NCBI GenBank assembly: GCA_021203345.1
Contig: JAJQBJ010000068.1
Span: forward strand, 9,336-73,335
Reading direction: 5' to 3'
Source: Oscillospiraceae bacterium
GTDB taxonomy: Bacteria > Bacillota > Clostridia > Oscillospirales > Oscillospiraceae
Length of the DNA stretch: 64,000 nt
Shown here: in pieces, positions 38,085 to 48,069 of the stretch
Layout: each line of letters opens with the position of its first letter
How positions within the stretch are numbered: the stretch's first letter is position 1
Made by a program: the position numbers and the translations under genes
Notes under the pieces: generated by a model
Told to the model about the DNA's origin: nothing
What the model saw: only the letters and a program-made list of their open reading frames with translations
Databases searched by the model: none

Positions 38085-40817
38085 ATGAGTTTTGAAATAC
38101 CAATGCGTTCCGACAGCAAGCGGGAAAAGATCTCCCACAGCGTTTGCGTGGGCGGTCCCATGACGCTGCACACCATCGACGGTGTGATTCGCCGGGTGCG
38201 CCCCATCGTGTTTAACGACGACGACCCCGCCGGATGGGTCATTAAGGCCCGGGGCAAGGAATATACCCCCCAGCGCAAGATGACCATGTCCCTGCTGGGC
38301 TATTGCGAGAGAGATAAGACCTATGCCTATGACCGTCTGAAATATCCCATGATCCGCGAGGACTTTGTGGAGACGCCGGACGGCAAGAACCGCAACACCG
38401 AGAACCGGGGCAAGTCCGGTTATCGCCGCGCCTCCTGGGACGAGGCTCTGTCTCTGGTGGCCCGGGAAATCAAGCGTCTGCAAAAGACCTACGGCAAAGA
38501 GACAATCACCGCCTGCACCTCCTCCCATCACAGCTGGGGTCTGGTCGGCTACAAGATTTCTCTGTTCAACCGCTTCTTTACCATGCTGGGCTACACCCGC
38601 ATTGCGGATAACCCCGACTCCTGGGAGGGCTTCCACTGGGGCACCCCTCACTCCTATGGTTACTACTGGCGGCTGGGCGGCCCGGAGCCCTATGATATGC
38701 TGGAAATGGCCATGCAGAACACGGAGACGATTATCTGCTGGTCTACCGACCCGGATACCAGCCGCGGCGGCTACTCCGCCCAGGAGTCCGCGCTGTGGCG
38801 CTGGTGGATGAAGGAGATGGGCATCGAGTTCATCTACATCGACCCCTTCAACAACTACACCTCTGTCAAGCAGGCGACCAAGTGGATTGGGCCCCGGATG
38901 GGCACCGACGCCGCCATTCTGGAGGCCATTGCCTATGTCTGGCTGACGGAAGGCACCTATGACACCAAATACATCGCACAGCACGCCCACCGTTTCAATG
39001 AGTTCCGGGATCACATCCTGGGCCTCGGCCCGGACGGCACCCCCAAGACTCCCAAGTGGGCGGAGGAGCTGTCTCTGGTTCCCGCCATGGACATCAAGGC
39101 CATCGCCCGGCGCTGGGCCTCCTCTGTGACCACCGGCGGCTCCGGTATGCGCGGCGGCTTCGGCGGCGCGTGCCGCCACTCCAACGGCACCGAGTATGCC
39201 CGTCTGATGACGCTGCTGTTCGCCATGCAGGGCATGGGCAAGCCCGGCCGCGCCTTCTGGTCCCCCGCCGTGGGCGCACCCATGAACTATAACTTCTGGT
39301 TCGGCGGCTATTCCGACCCGCTGGCCTCCATTGCCAAATACCCCATCTGCGACGATATGCCCGCCAACCCGGTGGAGCAGGTGTTGTATCGGCCCAACCT
39401 GCCCGACGCCATCCTGGACGGTCATTACGAGTGGTACGGCGAGGGCTTCTGCGGCGGCGGCGTGGATCTGGAGTTCACCCGGCACGTTTATCCCGCGCCC
39501 GGCTATAACAAGGTTCACTGCTTCTGGCGGTACGGCGGCTCCTTCTTTGGAACCATGCTGGACACCAACAAGTGGGCCAAGATGTATAAGAGCCCCGAGC
39601 TGGAGTTCGTCATCAATCAGGACATCTACCTGACCCCTGAAACCCGTCATGCGGACGTGATTCTGCCCGCCTGCTCCAACCTGGAGCGCGTTGATATCGG
39701 CGAGGTCGGCTCCTCCGGCAACGGCGGCTACTGCTCGCACTCTCAGACTGGCAACTCCTGGCAGCTGATCGTTTTCCAGGACAAGGCCATCGAGCCGCTG
39801 TGGGATTCCCGCTCCGACTATTGGATCTTCTCTCAGGTGGCGGCCCGGCTGGGCTTCGGCGAGCGCTTCACCGAGGGCCGGACAGAGGAACAGTGGGCCA
39901 AGCGCTTCTGGCAGTTTTCCGACCTGCCCAAGTACATCTCCTGGGAGGACTTCAAGAAGAAGGGCTACTTTGTCCCGCCTGTGTCCGACCATGAGGAGGA
40001 CAAGGACCCCAAGACCGGCCTGTATGAGAATTGGGATCGCTATCCGGGCTTCCAGTGGTTCGCGGAGAACCGTCCCTGCGACACCATGAACCATAAGGTG
40101 TTCCAGGAGGAAGGAAAGCTGGGCACCTTCTCCGGCAAGTTCGAGTTCGTGTCCGAGTCCCTGACCTATTGGGCACCCGACGACGAGGCCCGCCGTCCCA
40201 TTCCCCAGTATCAGGACTCCTGGGAGGGCTTCAAGTCCCTGTCTGCGGACAAGTATCCCTTCGGCATGATTTCGCCCCATCCGCGCTTTGACTATCATAC
40301 CCACTACAATCAGCACGCCAAGTGGCTGTGGGAGATTCCCAAGAACCGGGTAATTATCAATGGCAACCCCTATCTGGTCTGTCACATCAACCACAAGCTG
40401 GCTGAGGAGCGCGGCATTAAGGACGGCGACGTGGTGCGTATCTTCAATGACCGCGGCAGCTGCCTGATGGTGGCCCGTGTCACCTATCGAATCAACTACG
40501 AGACGATTCATGCCTACACCTCCTCCGGTATCTATAACCCCATCGAGTACGGCAAGTACAAGAGCTGGGACAAGGGCGGCAGCATCAATGTGCTGACCCC
40601 CGGCCGTCTGATTGGCGACTATGTTCCCGCCATGGCTCCCTACAGCTGCAACATCGACATCGAGAAGTGCGATCCCGATCCGAACTTCGGTCAGGGCTTC
40701 GAGCATATTCTGGACGCCGTGGACAAGCAGCAGCTGGAGACGGAGCGGCCGATTCGTACCTCTGAGCAGGCGGATCTGCTGTGGGGGCCCAACAGTTTGA
40801 AGAAGGAGGCTGTCTGA
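38085..40817 (+). CDS. athL: DMSO-reductase-family molybdoenzyme, pyrogallol-phloroglucinol transhydroxylase large-subunit-like
   Basis: 910 aa with no Tat signal and no N-terminal FeS Cys motif. Blocks TSSHHSWG, DSWEGFHWG, YPAPGYNKVHCFWRYGG, ILPACSNLER and KYPFGMISPHPRF resemble Pelobacter AthL as recalled. Confidence 0.75.
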   Translation: MSFEIPMRSDSKREKISHSVCVGGPMTLHTIDGVIRRVRPIVFNDDDPAGWVIKARGKEYTPQRKMTMSLLGYCERDKTYAYDRLKYPMIREDFVETPDGKNRNTENRGKSGYRRASWDEALSLVAREIKRLQKTYGKETITACTSSHHSWGLVGYKISLFNRFFTMLGYTRIADNPDSWEGFHWGTPHSYGYYWRLGGPEPYDMLEMAMQNTETIICWSTDPDTSRGGYSAQESALWRWWMKEMGIEFIYIDPFNNYTSVKQATKWIGPRMGTDAAILEAIAYVWLTEGTYDTKYIAQHAHRFNEFRDHILGLGPDGTPKTPKWAEELSLVPAMDIKAIARRWASSVTTGGSGMRGGFGGACRHSNGTEYARLMTLLFAMQGMGKPGRAFWSPAVGAPMNYNFWFGGYSDPLASIAKYPICDDMPANPVEQVLYRPNLPDAILDGHYEWYGEGFCGGGVDLEFTRHVYPAPGYNKVHCFWRYGGSFFGTMLDTNKWAKMYKSPELEFVINQDIYLTPETRHADVILPACSNLERVDIGEVGSSGNGGYCSHSQTGNSWQLIVFQDKAIEPLWDSRSDYWIFSQVAARLGFGERFTEGRTEEQWAKRFWQFSDLPKYISWEDFKKKGYFVPPVSDHEEDKDPKTGLYENWDRYPGFQWFAENRPCDTMNHKVFQEEGKLGTFSGKFEFVSESLTYWAPDDEARRPIPQYQDSWEGFKSLSADKYPFGMISPHPRFDYHTHYNQHAKWLWEIPKNRVIINGNPYLVCHINHKLAEERGIKDGDVVRIFNDRGSCLMVARVTYRINYETIHAYTSSGIYNPIEYGKYKSWDKGGSINVLTPGRLIGDYVPAMAPYSCNIDIEKCDPDPNFGQGFEHILDAVDKQQLETERPIRTSEQADLLWGPNSLKKEAV

Positions 40818-40819
40818 TC

Positions 40820-41692
40820 ATGCTGAAAAAACCGATGAAAAAGCCGGGAATTGCCATCAATTCCGCCCGGTGCATGGCCTGCTACGCCTGCTTTATGGCC
40901 TGCAAGGACGAGCATTGCGGCTGGGATACCGCCCTGTCCAAGTCTCAGCCTGAGATGGGCCAGTATTGGATGAATATCGTGGAATGGGAGCGCGGCGACA
41001 ACGAGCGCCGTATCAAAACCGCCACCGTCCCCACCCCCTGTTCCCACTGTGACAACCCCGCCTGTATGGCGGCGGCCAAGGACGGCGCTGTCTATCAGCG
41101 TCCCGACGGTATCGTGATTATCGACCCGGAGAAGGCCAAGGGCCAGAAGCAGATCGTGGAGGCCTGTCCCATCCATGCGGTGTACTGGAACGAGGCGCTG
41201 CAGCTCCCCCAGAAATGTACCATGTGCGCGGAGCTGCTGGATGACCCCGATTACCCCGGCTTCGAGCCCCGGTGCGTGGAGGCCTGTCCCAACCAGGCGT
41301 TGGTGTTCGGCGATCTGGCCGACCCGGAAAGCACCGTCAGCAAGCTGATCGCCGCCAACGAGGTCACGCCGCTGGAGGGACTGAAAAGCCCCGGCAACGT
41401 GGTGCATCTGAATATCCCCTCCCGGTTCCTGGCCGGCACGGTTGCCTATCCCAAGGAGCTGGAGGAGGTCTGCATCGGCGCAAAGGTGAAGATCACCTGC
41501 GAGGCCGATGGCACCACCTGCGAGACGGTAACCAACTGGGCCGGCGACTGGGAATTTGAGAATCTGCCCAAGGCCGCGTCCTATACTGTGGAGATTACCA
41601 TGGAGGGCTTCAAGCCCGTGGTCTACACCGGTGAGCGCACCGACCATGACCACTATGTAGGCATCACCTACCTGGAGCCGGTCGAAGAATAA
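40820..41692 (+). CDS. bthL: 4Fe-4S ferredoxin-type beta subunit with C-terminal beta-sandwich domain (BthL-like)
   Basis: 290 aa. Cys clusters (CMACYACFMAC, CSHCDNPAC, CTMCAELL) are followed by a C-terminal region read as carboxypeptidase-regulatory-like (fold inferred from resemblance). GAAGGAGG lies 10 nt upstream. Confidence 0.7.
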   Translation: MLKKPMKKPGIAINSARCMACYACFMACKDEHCGWDTALSKSQPEMGQYWMNIVEWERGDNERRIKTATVPTPCSHCDNPACMAAAKDGAVYQRPDGIVIIDPEKAKGQKQIVEACPIHAVYWNEALQLPQKCTMCAELLDDPDYPGFEPRCVEACPNQALVFGDLADPESTVSKLIAANEVTPLEGLKSPGNVVHLNIPSRFLAGTVAYPKELEEVCIGAKVKITCEADGTTCETVTNWAGDWEFENLPKAASYTVEITMEGFKPVVYTGERTDHDHYVGITYLEPVEE

Positions 41693-41779
41693 TATCAAAA
41701 CTCCCCGCACTGCTTACCAGGCGGTGCGGGGAGAGAAAAAGATTGAAGTTTTAATTTTGGAAAGGAAGTAATTTTCACA

Positions 41780-43033
41780 ATGGAAACGAAAAATGTCGTG
41801 CTCGTGGAGGCCTGCCGCACGGCTGTGGGCAAGTTTGGCGGGGCCCTGAAGCCCTGCTCCGCCTACGATCTGGCCTGCTGCGTGATGCAGGGCATCCTGG
41901 ACCGCAGCAAGGTTGACCCCGCTGTGATTGACGAGGTCATCATGGGCCAGTGCCGCCAGACCTCTGACGAGCCGAATATCGCCCGCGTGGCCGCGCTGAA
42001 GGTGGGTATCCCCGCCTCTGCCTCCGCTCACACCGTCATGCGCCAGTGCGCCTCCGCTATGACCGCCGTGCAGAACGGCGCCATGCAGATCATGACCGGT
42101 CTGTCCGACGTGGTGCTGGCAGGCGGCACGGAGTCCATGTCCAACGCGGTGTTCTATCTCCGCAATGCACGCTGGGGCGTTGGCACCGGCAACACGGAGC
42201 TGGTGGACGCTGTGACCGAGGGTCAGTTCAAGTCCCAGCCCGAGGAGATTTATGGCCGCTACAACATGGGCGCTACCGCCGAGAACATCGCTGAGACGCT
42301 GGGCATCACCCGGGAGGAGCAGGATGCGTTTTCCATGGAGTCCCAGCGGAAGGCCATCGAGGCCATCGACGCGGGCCGCTTCAAGGAGGAAATCGTTCCC
42401 ATTACCGTACCCCAGGGCCGGAAAAAGCCCCCCATCGTGTTTGACACCGACGAGTTCCCCAAGCGCGACACCAGCCTGGAGAAGATGGGCAAGCTGAAGC
42501 CCTGCTTCAACATCACCCACACCGAGGACGAGCGTCTGTTCAACACCAGCGAGCTGACCGGCACAGTCACCGCCGCCTCCAGCTCCGGACGGAACGACGG
42601 CGCCTCCGCCGTGCTGATGATGAGCGAGGAAAAGGCTCAGGAGCTGGGTCTGAAGCCCATTTGCCGGATCATCGGCATGGGTACTGCCGGCTGCGATCCC
42701 CGCACCATGGGCCTCGGCCCGGTGTATGCGGTGCCCAAGGCGCTGAAAAACGCCGGCCTTACCATGGATGACATTCAGCTGATCGAGCTGAACGAGGCCT
42801 TTGCCGCCCAGTCTCTGGGCTGCATCAAGCTGCTCCACTGGGAGGACAAGATGGACATCATCAATGTCAACGGCGGCGCTGTGGCTCTGGGCCATCCTGT
42901 CGGTTCCTCCGGCTGCCGTATCCTTGTGACCCTGATGTACGAGATGCGTCGCCGCGGCCTGAAATACGGCCTTGCCACCCTCTGCATTGCAGGCGGCATG
43001 GGCCAGGCTACGGTCATCGAAATGTGCGATTAA
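41780..43033 (+). CDS. acetyl-CoA C-acetyltransferase (thiolase II)
   Basis: 417 aa with a VNGGAVALGHP motif and a C-terminal CIAGGMG motif. Confidence 0.9.
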   Translation: METKNVVLVEACRTAVGKFGGALKPCSAYDLACCVMQGILDRSKVDPAVIDEVIMGQCRQTSDEPNIARVAALKVGIPASASAHTVMRQCASAMTAVQNGAMQIMTGLSDVVLAGGTESMSNAVFYLRNARWGVGTGNTELVDAVTEGQFKSQPEEIYGRYNMGATAENIAETLGITREEQDAFSMESQRKAIEAIDAGRFKEEIVPITVPQGRKKPPIVFDTDEFPKRDTSLEKMGKLKPCFNITHTEDERLFNTSELTGTVTAASSSGRNDGASAVLMMSEEKAQELGLKPICRIIGMGTAGCDPRTMGLGPVYAVPKALKNAGLTMDDIQLIELNEAFAAQSLGCIKLLHWEDKMDIINVNGGAVALGHPVGSSGCRILVTLMYEMRRRGLKYGLATLCIAGGMGQATVIEMCD

Positions 43034-43090
43034 ATAGTGTCCCAATACTATCCATAAAAGCGTTAACAGTTGTGAAAGGAGATTCCTACC

Positions 43091-43993
43091 ATGTCCAAGT
43101 CCAATAAAATCATGATTCAGGTCTGCCTGTGCGGCGCCGGCACCAAGAAGGCCCAGGCTCCCACCGTTCCCTACACCGCCGACGAGCTGGCGGAGCAGAT
43201 CGTTGCCTGCGCCAAGGCCGGCGCTTCCATCGCCCACATTCATGTCCGCGAGGACAAGCTGGTGGACGGTGTGATGCAGATCGGCTACAAGTCCATGAGC
43301 CTGGAGAAGTTCACCGAGGCCGTGGAAAAGACCCGCGCCCTGTGCAAGCAGGAGGGTGTGGATATCATCATCAACCTGACCACCTCCGGCGGCGAGTACG
43401 AGGATTACAAGCGGCTGCAGCACCTGGGCGCACTGAAGCCCGAGATGTGCTCCTTCGACCCCAACACCCTGAACTGGTCCAACAGCTATATCTTCGAGAA
43501 CTCCCCCCGTTTCCTGAACCTGCTGTCTCAGGAGGTTGTCAAGCAGGATGTCAAGCCTGAGTTCGAGGTGTTCGACACCGGTCACATCGACTCCGTTATG
43601 TACTATGTGAACAAGCACGGTATCCCCAAGCCCCCCCACATTCAGTTTATCATGGGCGTGGGCGGCTCTATGCCCGGCACCGCCGAGAACCTGGCCTTCC
43701 TGGTGGGCAAGCTGCCCGAGGGCGCGACCTGGTCTGTCTCCGGTATCGGCAAGGCCCATATGCCCATGATGCTGGCCGGCCTGGCCCTGGGCTGCGACGG
43801 TTTGCGCGTGGGCCTGGAGGACAACATCCTCTATGGCAAGAACCCCGATGGCAGCAAGATCATCGCCACCAACGTTCAGCTGGTAGAGCGGGCTGTGGCC
43901 CTGTCCAAGCTGGCCGGTCGTGAGATCGCCACCGCGCAGGAGGCCCGCGAGATCCTGGGCATCACCCGGAACTGCATCTGGGACGAGGCGTAA
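43091..43993 (+). CDS. BKACE-family beta-keto acid cleavage enzyme (DUF849; Kce / triacetate-lyase-like)
   Basis: 300 aa with ...IAHIHVRE..., ...NLTTSGG... and RVGLEDN motifs typical of the 3-keto-5-aminohexanoate cleavage enzyme family. Confidence 0.8.
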   Translation: MSKSNKIMIQVCLCGAGTKKAQAPTVPYTADELAEQIVACAKAGASIAHIHVREDKLVDGVMQIGYKSMSLEKFTEAVEKTRALCKQEGVDIIINLTTSGGEYEDYKRLQHLGALKPEMCSFDPNTLNWSNSYIFENSPRFLNLLSQEVVKQDVKPEFEVFDTGHIDSVMYYVNKHGIPKPPHIQFIMGVGGSMPGTAENLAFLVGKLPEGATWSVSGIGKAHMPMMLAGLALGCDGLRVGLEDNILYGKNPDGSKIIATNVQLVERAVALSKLAGREIATAQEAREILGITRNCIWDEA

Positions 43994-44056
43994 AAGAAAG
44001 CCGAAAAAACGCTTGTGCTTTTCCTTTAAATCGGGTACAATAGACTATCATGACGA

Positions 44057-44212
44057 AACTCCCTGTGGCGTATCCCGCCACGGGGAGGGTCGTGCTTCTC
44101 CGAGCCGCGGAGACTAAGGGCGGAGCCTATGCCGCCGCGGCCTGGCGTTTTGCCACCGGGCCAGTTGGGAAACCGGCTGACCTTCCCGCTTGAAAAGGAG
44201 AGCAAACACGTC
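44057..44212 (+). promoter_or_regulatory. Moco (molybdenum cofactor) riboswitch-like leader
   Basis: Contains CTCCGAGCC, GGGAAACC and AAAAGGAG blocks in the order recalled for the Moco RNA motif, plus several helices. Lies upstream of the moeA/moaA operon. Confidence 0.6.
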
Positions 44213-44218
44213 GTTTTA

Positions 44219-44262
44219 GAAGACCTGTTCTGCTTTTTGAGCGAGAACAGGTCTTTTTTCGT
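44219..44262 (+). terminator. riboswitch expression-platform terminator
   Basis: AGACCTGTTCT-12 nt-AGAACAGGTCT followed by TTTTTC. Confidence 0.7.
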
Positions 44263-44335
44263 GAGACTTACAAATTTAAATGCGTAATATTGATTTGCGT
44301 TCCGGGGGAACGCGATAAGTTTGGAGTGAATCACC

Positions 44336-45553
44336 ATGCGGACAGGGTTGGATTATCAGGAGGCGCGGGCGCTGCTGTTGGAGCAGGTGCGCCCCGTGGG
44401 AATAGAGCGTGTGCCGCTGGAGGATGCGGACGGGCGTATTCTGGCGGAGCCAGTGACAGCCGTAGGGGACGTCCCCCCCTTTGACCGTTCGCCCTATGAT
44501 GGCTATGCGTTCCGGGCGGAGGACACGGCGCAGGCCAGCCGGGAGCAGCCGGTGACGCTGCGGATTCTGGAGGAGGTTCCCGCCGGTTCCATGTGGAGCC
44601 GGGAGGTCACCTCCGGCACGGCCACCAAAATCCTCACCGGCGCACCCATCCCGCCGGGGGCCAACGCCGTCACCAAATACGAGGATACGGAGTTTACCGC
44701 AGAGACGGTGAAGATTTTTGCCCCCTCCCGGCCCGGCGACAACGTGGTGCCCCGGGGAGAGGACGTACTCTGCGGGCAGCAGCTGGCTCAGGCGGGCACT
44801 GTGATCGACAGCGCTCTGTTGGGGACGCTGGCGGCTCAGGGCGTGACGTTCCCGCTGGTATACCAACAACCCACAGTGGGGATCTTATCCACCGGCAGCG
44901 AGCTTGTAGAGGCCGGAGAGGCCCTTTCCGGCGGAAAGATCGTCAACACCAACCGGCACACGTTCACGGCGGCGGTGCGCCATGCGGGCTGCATCGCCCG
45001 GAACTACGGCATCGTCGGGGATGACCCGGAGGCCATTGCCGCTGTCATCGTCCGGGCCATGGAGGAGTGCGATTTGGTGATCTCCACCGGCGGCGTGTCC
45101 GTGGGGGACTATGACTTCACTCCGGACGCCATGGAGCGGGCGGGCGTGACGATGCTGATTCGCTCCCTGAAATTGAAGCCGGGCGGGGCCTCCGCCTACG
45201 GCGTGAAAAACGGCAGACTGTACTGCGGCCTGTCCGGGAATCCTGCCTCGGCGCTGGTGAATTTCTATGCCGTGGTGCTGCCTGCGCTGCGGAGGCTTTT
45301 GGGCCACGGCCAGCCCCTGCTGCCGGAGCTGATCGTCACGCTGAAGGAGGATTTTCCAAAGCGCAGCCCCCGCACCCGGCTGATTCGCGGAAGTCTGGAT
45401 TTGTCGGACGGAACGGCCAGAATGCAGGTGAACCGGGGCCAGGGCAACGGCGTGTTGCACAGCCTGATCGGCTGCAATCTGCTGGCGGAGATTCCGGCGG
45501 GAAGTCCAAAGCTGCCCGCCGGGACAAGGCTGAACGCCTGCCTGATTCCATAA
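44336..45553 (+). CDS. moeA: molybdopterin molybdenumtransferase
   Basis: 405 aa with the ...PPFDRSPYDGYA... motif typical of MoeA. Confidence 0.85.
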   Translation: MRTGLDYQEARALLLEQVRPVGIERVPLEDADGRILAEPVTAVGDVPPFDRSPYDGYAFRAEDTAQASREQPVTLRILEEVPAGSMWSREVTSGTATKILTGAPIPPGANAVTKYEDTEFTAETVKIFAPSRPGDNVVPRGEDVLCGQQLAQAGTVIDSALLGTLAAQGVTFPLVYQQPTVGILSTGSELVEAGEALSGGKIVNTNRHTFTAAVRHAGCIARNYGIVGDDPEAIAAVIVRAMEECDLVISTGGVSVGDYDFTPDAMERAGVTMLIRSLKLKPGGASAYGVKNGRLYCGLSGNPASALVNFYAVVLPALRRLLGHGQPLLPELIVTLKEDFPKRSPRTRLIRGSLDLSDGTARMQVNRGQGNGVLHSLIGCNLLAEIPAGSPKLPAGTRLNACLIP

Positions 45554-45572
45554 GGAGAGAAGGGGAATAGCT

Positions 45573-46598
45573 ATGAAAAAAGTAAAAACAGAGGACGCTG
45601 TGGGCCTGATTCTCTGCCACGACATCACCGAGGTTCGGGACGGGTTTAAGGGCCGCGCCTTTCAGCGGGGCCATGTGGTCACACAGAGCGATATTCCCCA
45701 TCTGCTGAATCTGGGCAAGAGACACCTTTATGTCTGGGAGGAAAACGCCGGAGAAATCCATGAGGAGGACGCGGCGCTGCGGCTGTCCCGGCTGGCGCAG
45801 CTCCCCAATGCGGCCTATTCCGGCCCCAGCGAGGGCAAGATGTCCCTGACCGCCCAGGAGGACGGCCTGTTCCGGGTGAACCGGCCGCTGCTGGACCGGC
45901 TGAATCAAATCGGGGACATCACCATCGCCACCCTGCCCGACCACTACCCGGTCAGGGCGGGGATGCAGCTTGCCGGGGAGCGTATCGTGCCCCTGGTCTG
46001 CCCGGAACGAGAGATCGAGGAGGCGGAGGGGCTGGTCGCTCAGGCAGACCAGCCCCTGATGGAGCTGATTCCCTACCGGAGACATCTGCCTGTGGGAATC
46101 ATAGTCACCGGCAGCGAGGTCTATACCGGACGCATCAAGGATAAGTTTGAGCCGGTGGTGCGGAAAAAGCTGGCGGCCTTTGACGCAGATATTCTGGGAA
46201 CCATTTTCTGCGACGATGATTTGTCCATGCTGACCTCCGCCATTCATCGGTGGGTCAGCCGGGGGGCTAAGCTGATTTTGATGACCGGCGGCATGAGCGT
46301 TGACCCGGACGACCTGACCCCCACTGCGATCCGGGACAGCGGGGCGGAGGTCGTCACCCAGGGCGTTCCCGCCCAGCCGGGGAATATGTTCACCGTTGCC
46401 TATTTGGAGGATGTGACCATCCTGGGCGTGCCGGGGGCGGCCATCCACTCGGAGACTACCATGCTGGACGTGGTGCTGCCCCAGACCTTTGCCGGGGTGC
46501 GGTTCACCCGGGAGGAGCTGCGCCGTTTGGGTGCGGGAGGTCTATGTCAGGGCTGTAAGGTCTGCCATTGGCCGAATTGTACGTTTGGAAGGTATTAA
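45573..46598 (+). CDS. MoeA-related molybdopterin-binding (MoCF_biosynth) domain protein
   Basis: 341 aa with a central ...GIIVTGSEVYTGRIKD... MoCF-like domain. Lies between moeA and moaA. Confidence 0.6.
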   Translation: MKKVKTEDAVGLILCHDITEVRDGFKGRAFQRGHVVTQSDIPHLLNLGKRHLYVWEENAGEIHEEDAALRLSRLAQLPNAAYSGPSEGKMSLTAQEDGLFRVNRPLLDRLNQIGDITIATLPDHYPVRAGMQLAGERIVPLVCPEREIEEAEGLVAQADQPLMELIPYRRHLPVGIIVTGSEVYTGRIKDKFEPVVRKKLAAFDADILGTIFCDDDLSMLTSAIHRWVSRGAKLILMTGGMSVDPDDLTPTAIRDSGAEVVTQGVPAQPGNMFTVAYLEDVTILGVPGAAIHSETTMLDVVLPQTFAGVRFTREELRRLGAGGLCQGCKVCHWPNCTFGRY

Positions 46599-46606
46599 GC
46601 GATAGT

Positions 46607-47554
46607 ATGAAGGATCAATATCAAAGAGAGATCACCTATTTGCGGGTATCTGTGACTGACCTGTGCAATCTGCGGTGCCGGTACTGTATGCCCGACGGGG
46701 TCTGTCAAAAAGCGCATCAGGACATCCTCTCCTTTGAGGAGATCACGGAGATCGTGACGGCTGCCGCCCGGTTGGGGATCAGAAAGGTTCGCATCACCGG
46801 GGGAGAGCCTTTGGTGCGCCGGGGCATTGTGTCGCTGTGCCGGATGATTGCCGACATTCCCGGGATTCAGGAGGTGGTCATGACCACCAACGGAATTTTG
46901 CTGGAGAAATACGCCCAGGAGCTGAAACAGGCGGGGGTCAGTCGGGTGAATATCAGTCTGGACACCCTGAACCCGGAGAAATACCGGAAAATCACCGGAG
47001 GCGGGGAGTTGGACGCGGCGCTGGCGGGCATTCGGGCCGCCCGGGCGGCGGAACTGAACCCCATCAAGCTGAACGTGGTTTTGATTGGCGGGTTCAACGA
47101 TGACGAAATCCCCGCCTTTGTGGAGCTGACCCGGGACAACCCCCTGGATCTGCGCTTTATCGAGCTGATGCCCATGGGCGGCGAATTCGGAAAGGCGGCG
47201 TACCTGCCCGGCGATACGGTGCTGGAGCGGGTGCCTTCCCTGGTGCCCGAAGCGGGGGAGGACGGCTCCGTGTCCCGGATGTTTCGACTGCCCGGTGGTC
47301 AGGGCCGGGTGGGGCTGATTTCCCCGTTGAGCCGGCATTTCTGCGGCACCTGTAACCGCCTTCGCCTGACCAGCGAGGGGCATTTGAAGCCCTGCCTCCA
47401 CTCCAATCAGGAGATTCCCGTGCGGGGCAAGCACGGGGAGGAGCTGCTGGAAACCCTGCGTACCACCATCCGGGCGAAGCCCCGGCAGCACGGGGTACTG
47501 GATGCGGAGCATCTCAGCGAGGCAGGCCGGGCCATGAACACGATTGGAGGGTGA
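46607..47554 (+). CDS. moaA: GTP 3',8-cyclase (radical SAM)
   Basis: LRVSVTDLCNLRCRYCMP radical-SAM motif and a C-terminal CGTCNRLRLTSEG motif. Confidence 0.92.
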   Translation: MKDQYQREITYLRVSVTDLCNLRCRYCMPDGVCQKAHQDILSFEEITEIVTAAARLGIRKVRITGGEPLVRRGIVSLCRMIADIPGIQEVVMTTNGILLEKYAQELKQAGVSRVNISLDTLNPEKYRKITGGGELDAALAGIRAARAAELNPIKLNVVLIGGFNDDEIPAFVELTRDNPLDLRFIELMPMGGEFGKAAYLPGDTVLERVPSLVPEAGEDGSVSRMFRLPGGQGRVGLISPLSRHFCGTCNRLRLTSEGHLKPCLHSNQEIPVRGKHGEELLETLRTTIRAKPRQHGVLDAEHLSEAGRAMNTIGG

Positions 47555-47558
47555 CAGT

Positions 47559-48053
47559 ATGGCGATTGCGGAGGATTTTACCCACTTTGACGCCCAGGGC
47601 AACGCCCGTATGGTCAGCGTCGGGGACAAGCCGGAAACCCAGCGGACAGCGGTTGCAGCGGGCCGGGTGCTGGTGAATCAAAAAACCTTTGACCTGATTC
47701 GCTCCGGCGGCGTGAAAAAGGGAGACGTTCTCACCGTGGCCCAGGTGGCCGGAATCATGGGGGCCAAGCGCACCCCGGATTTGATTCCCATGTGTCACCC
47801 CATCCTTTTGACCGGGGTGGATTTGGAGCTGACCCTGAACGAGGCGGATTTGGCGGTGGAGATTCAGGCCACCACGAAATGCAGCGGCGTGACCGGGGTG
47901 GAGATGGAGGCGCTGACGGCGGTGACGGCCGCGGCGCTGACGGTGTATGATATGTGCAAGGCGGTGCAGCGGGATATGGTGATTTCGGACATTCGCCTGC
48001 TGAAAAAGACCGGCGGACAGTCCGGTGATTTTGCGCGTCCGGAAACGGAATAG
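47559..48053 (+). CDS. moaC: cyclic pyranopterin monophosphate synthase
   Basis: FTHFD...MVSVGDK...IPMCHPI... are MoaC motifs. Confidence 0.9.
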   Translation: MAIAEDFTHFDAQGNARMVSVGDKPETQRTAVAAGRVLVNQKTFDLIRSGGVKKGDVLTVAQVAGIMGAKRTPDLIPMCHPILLTGVDLELTLNEADLAVEIQATTKCSGVTGVEMEALTAVTAAALTVYDMCKAVQRDMVISDIRLLKKTGGQSGDFARPETE

Positions 48054-48069
48054 AGAGAGGATGATTACG

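Noticed and set aside
37179-40706. 1175-aa ORF antisense to the small-ORF/Mo-enzyme operon. The same applies to 41714-43759 (minus), 19567-21252 (plus), 33356-34429 (minus) and 27872-29197 (minus).
   Set aside because: All lie opposite strongly supported genes, lack RBS and motifs, and are typical stop-poor antisense frames in GC-rich DNA.
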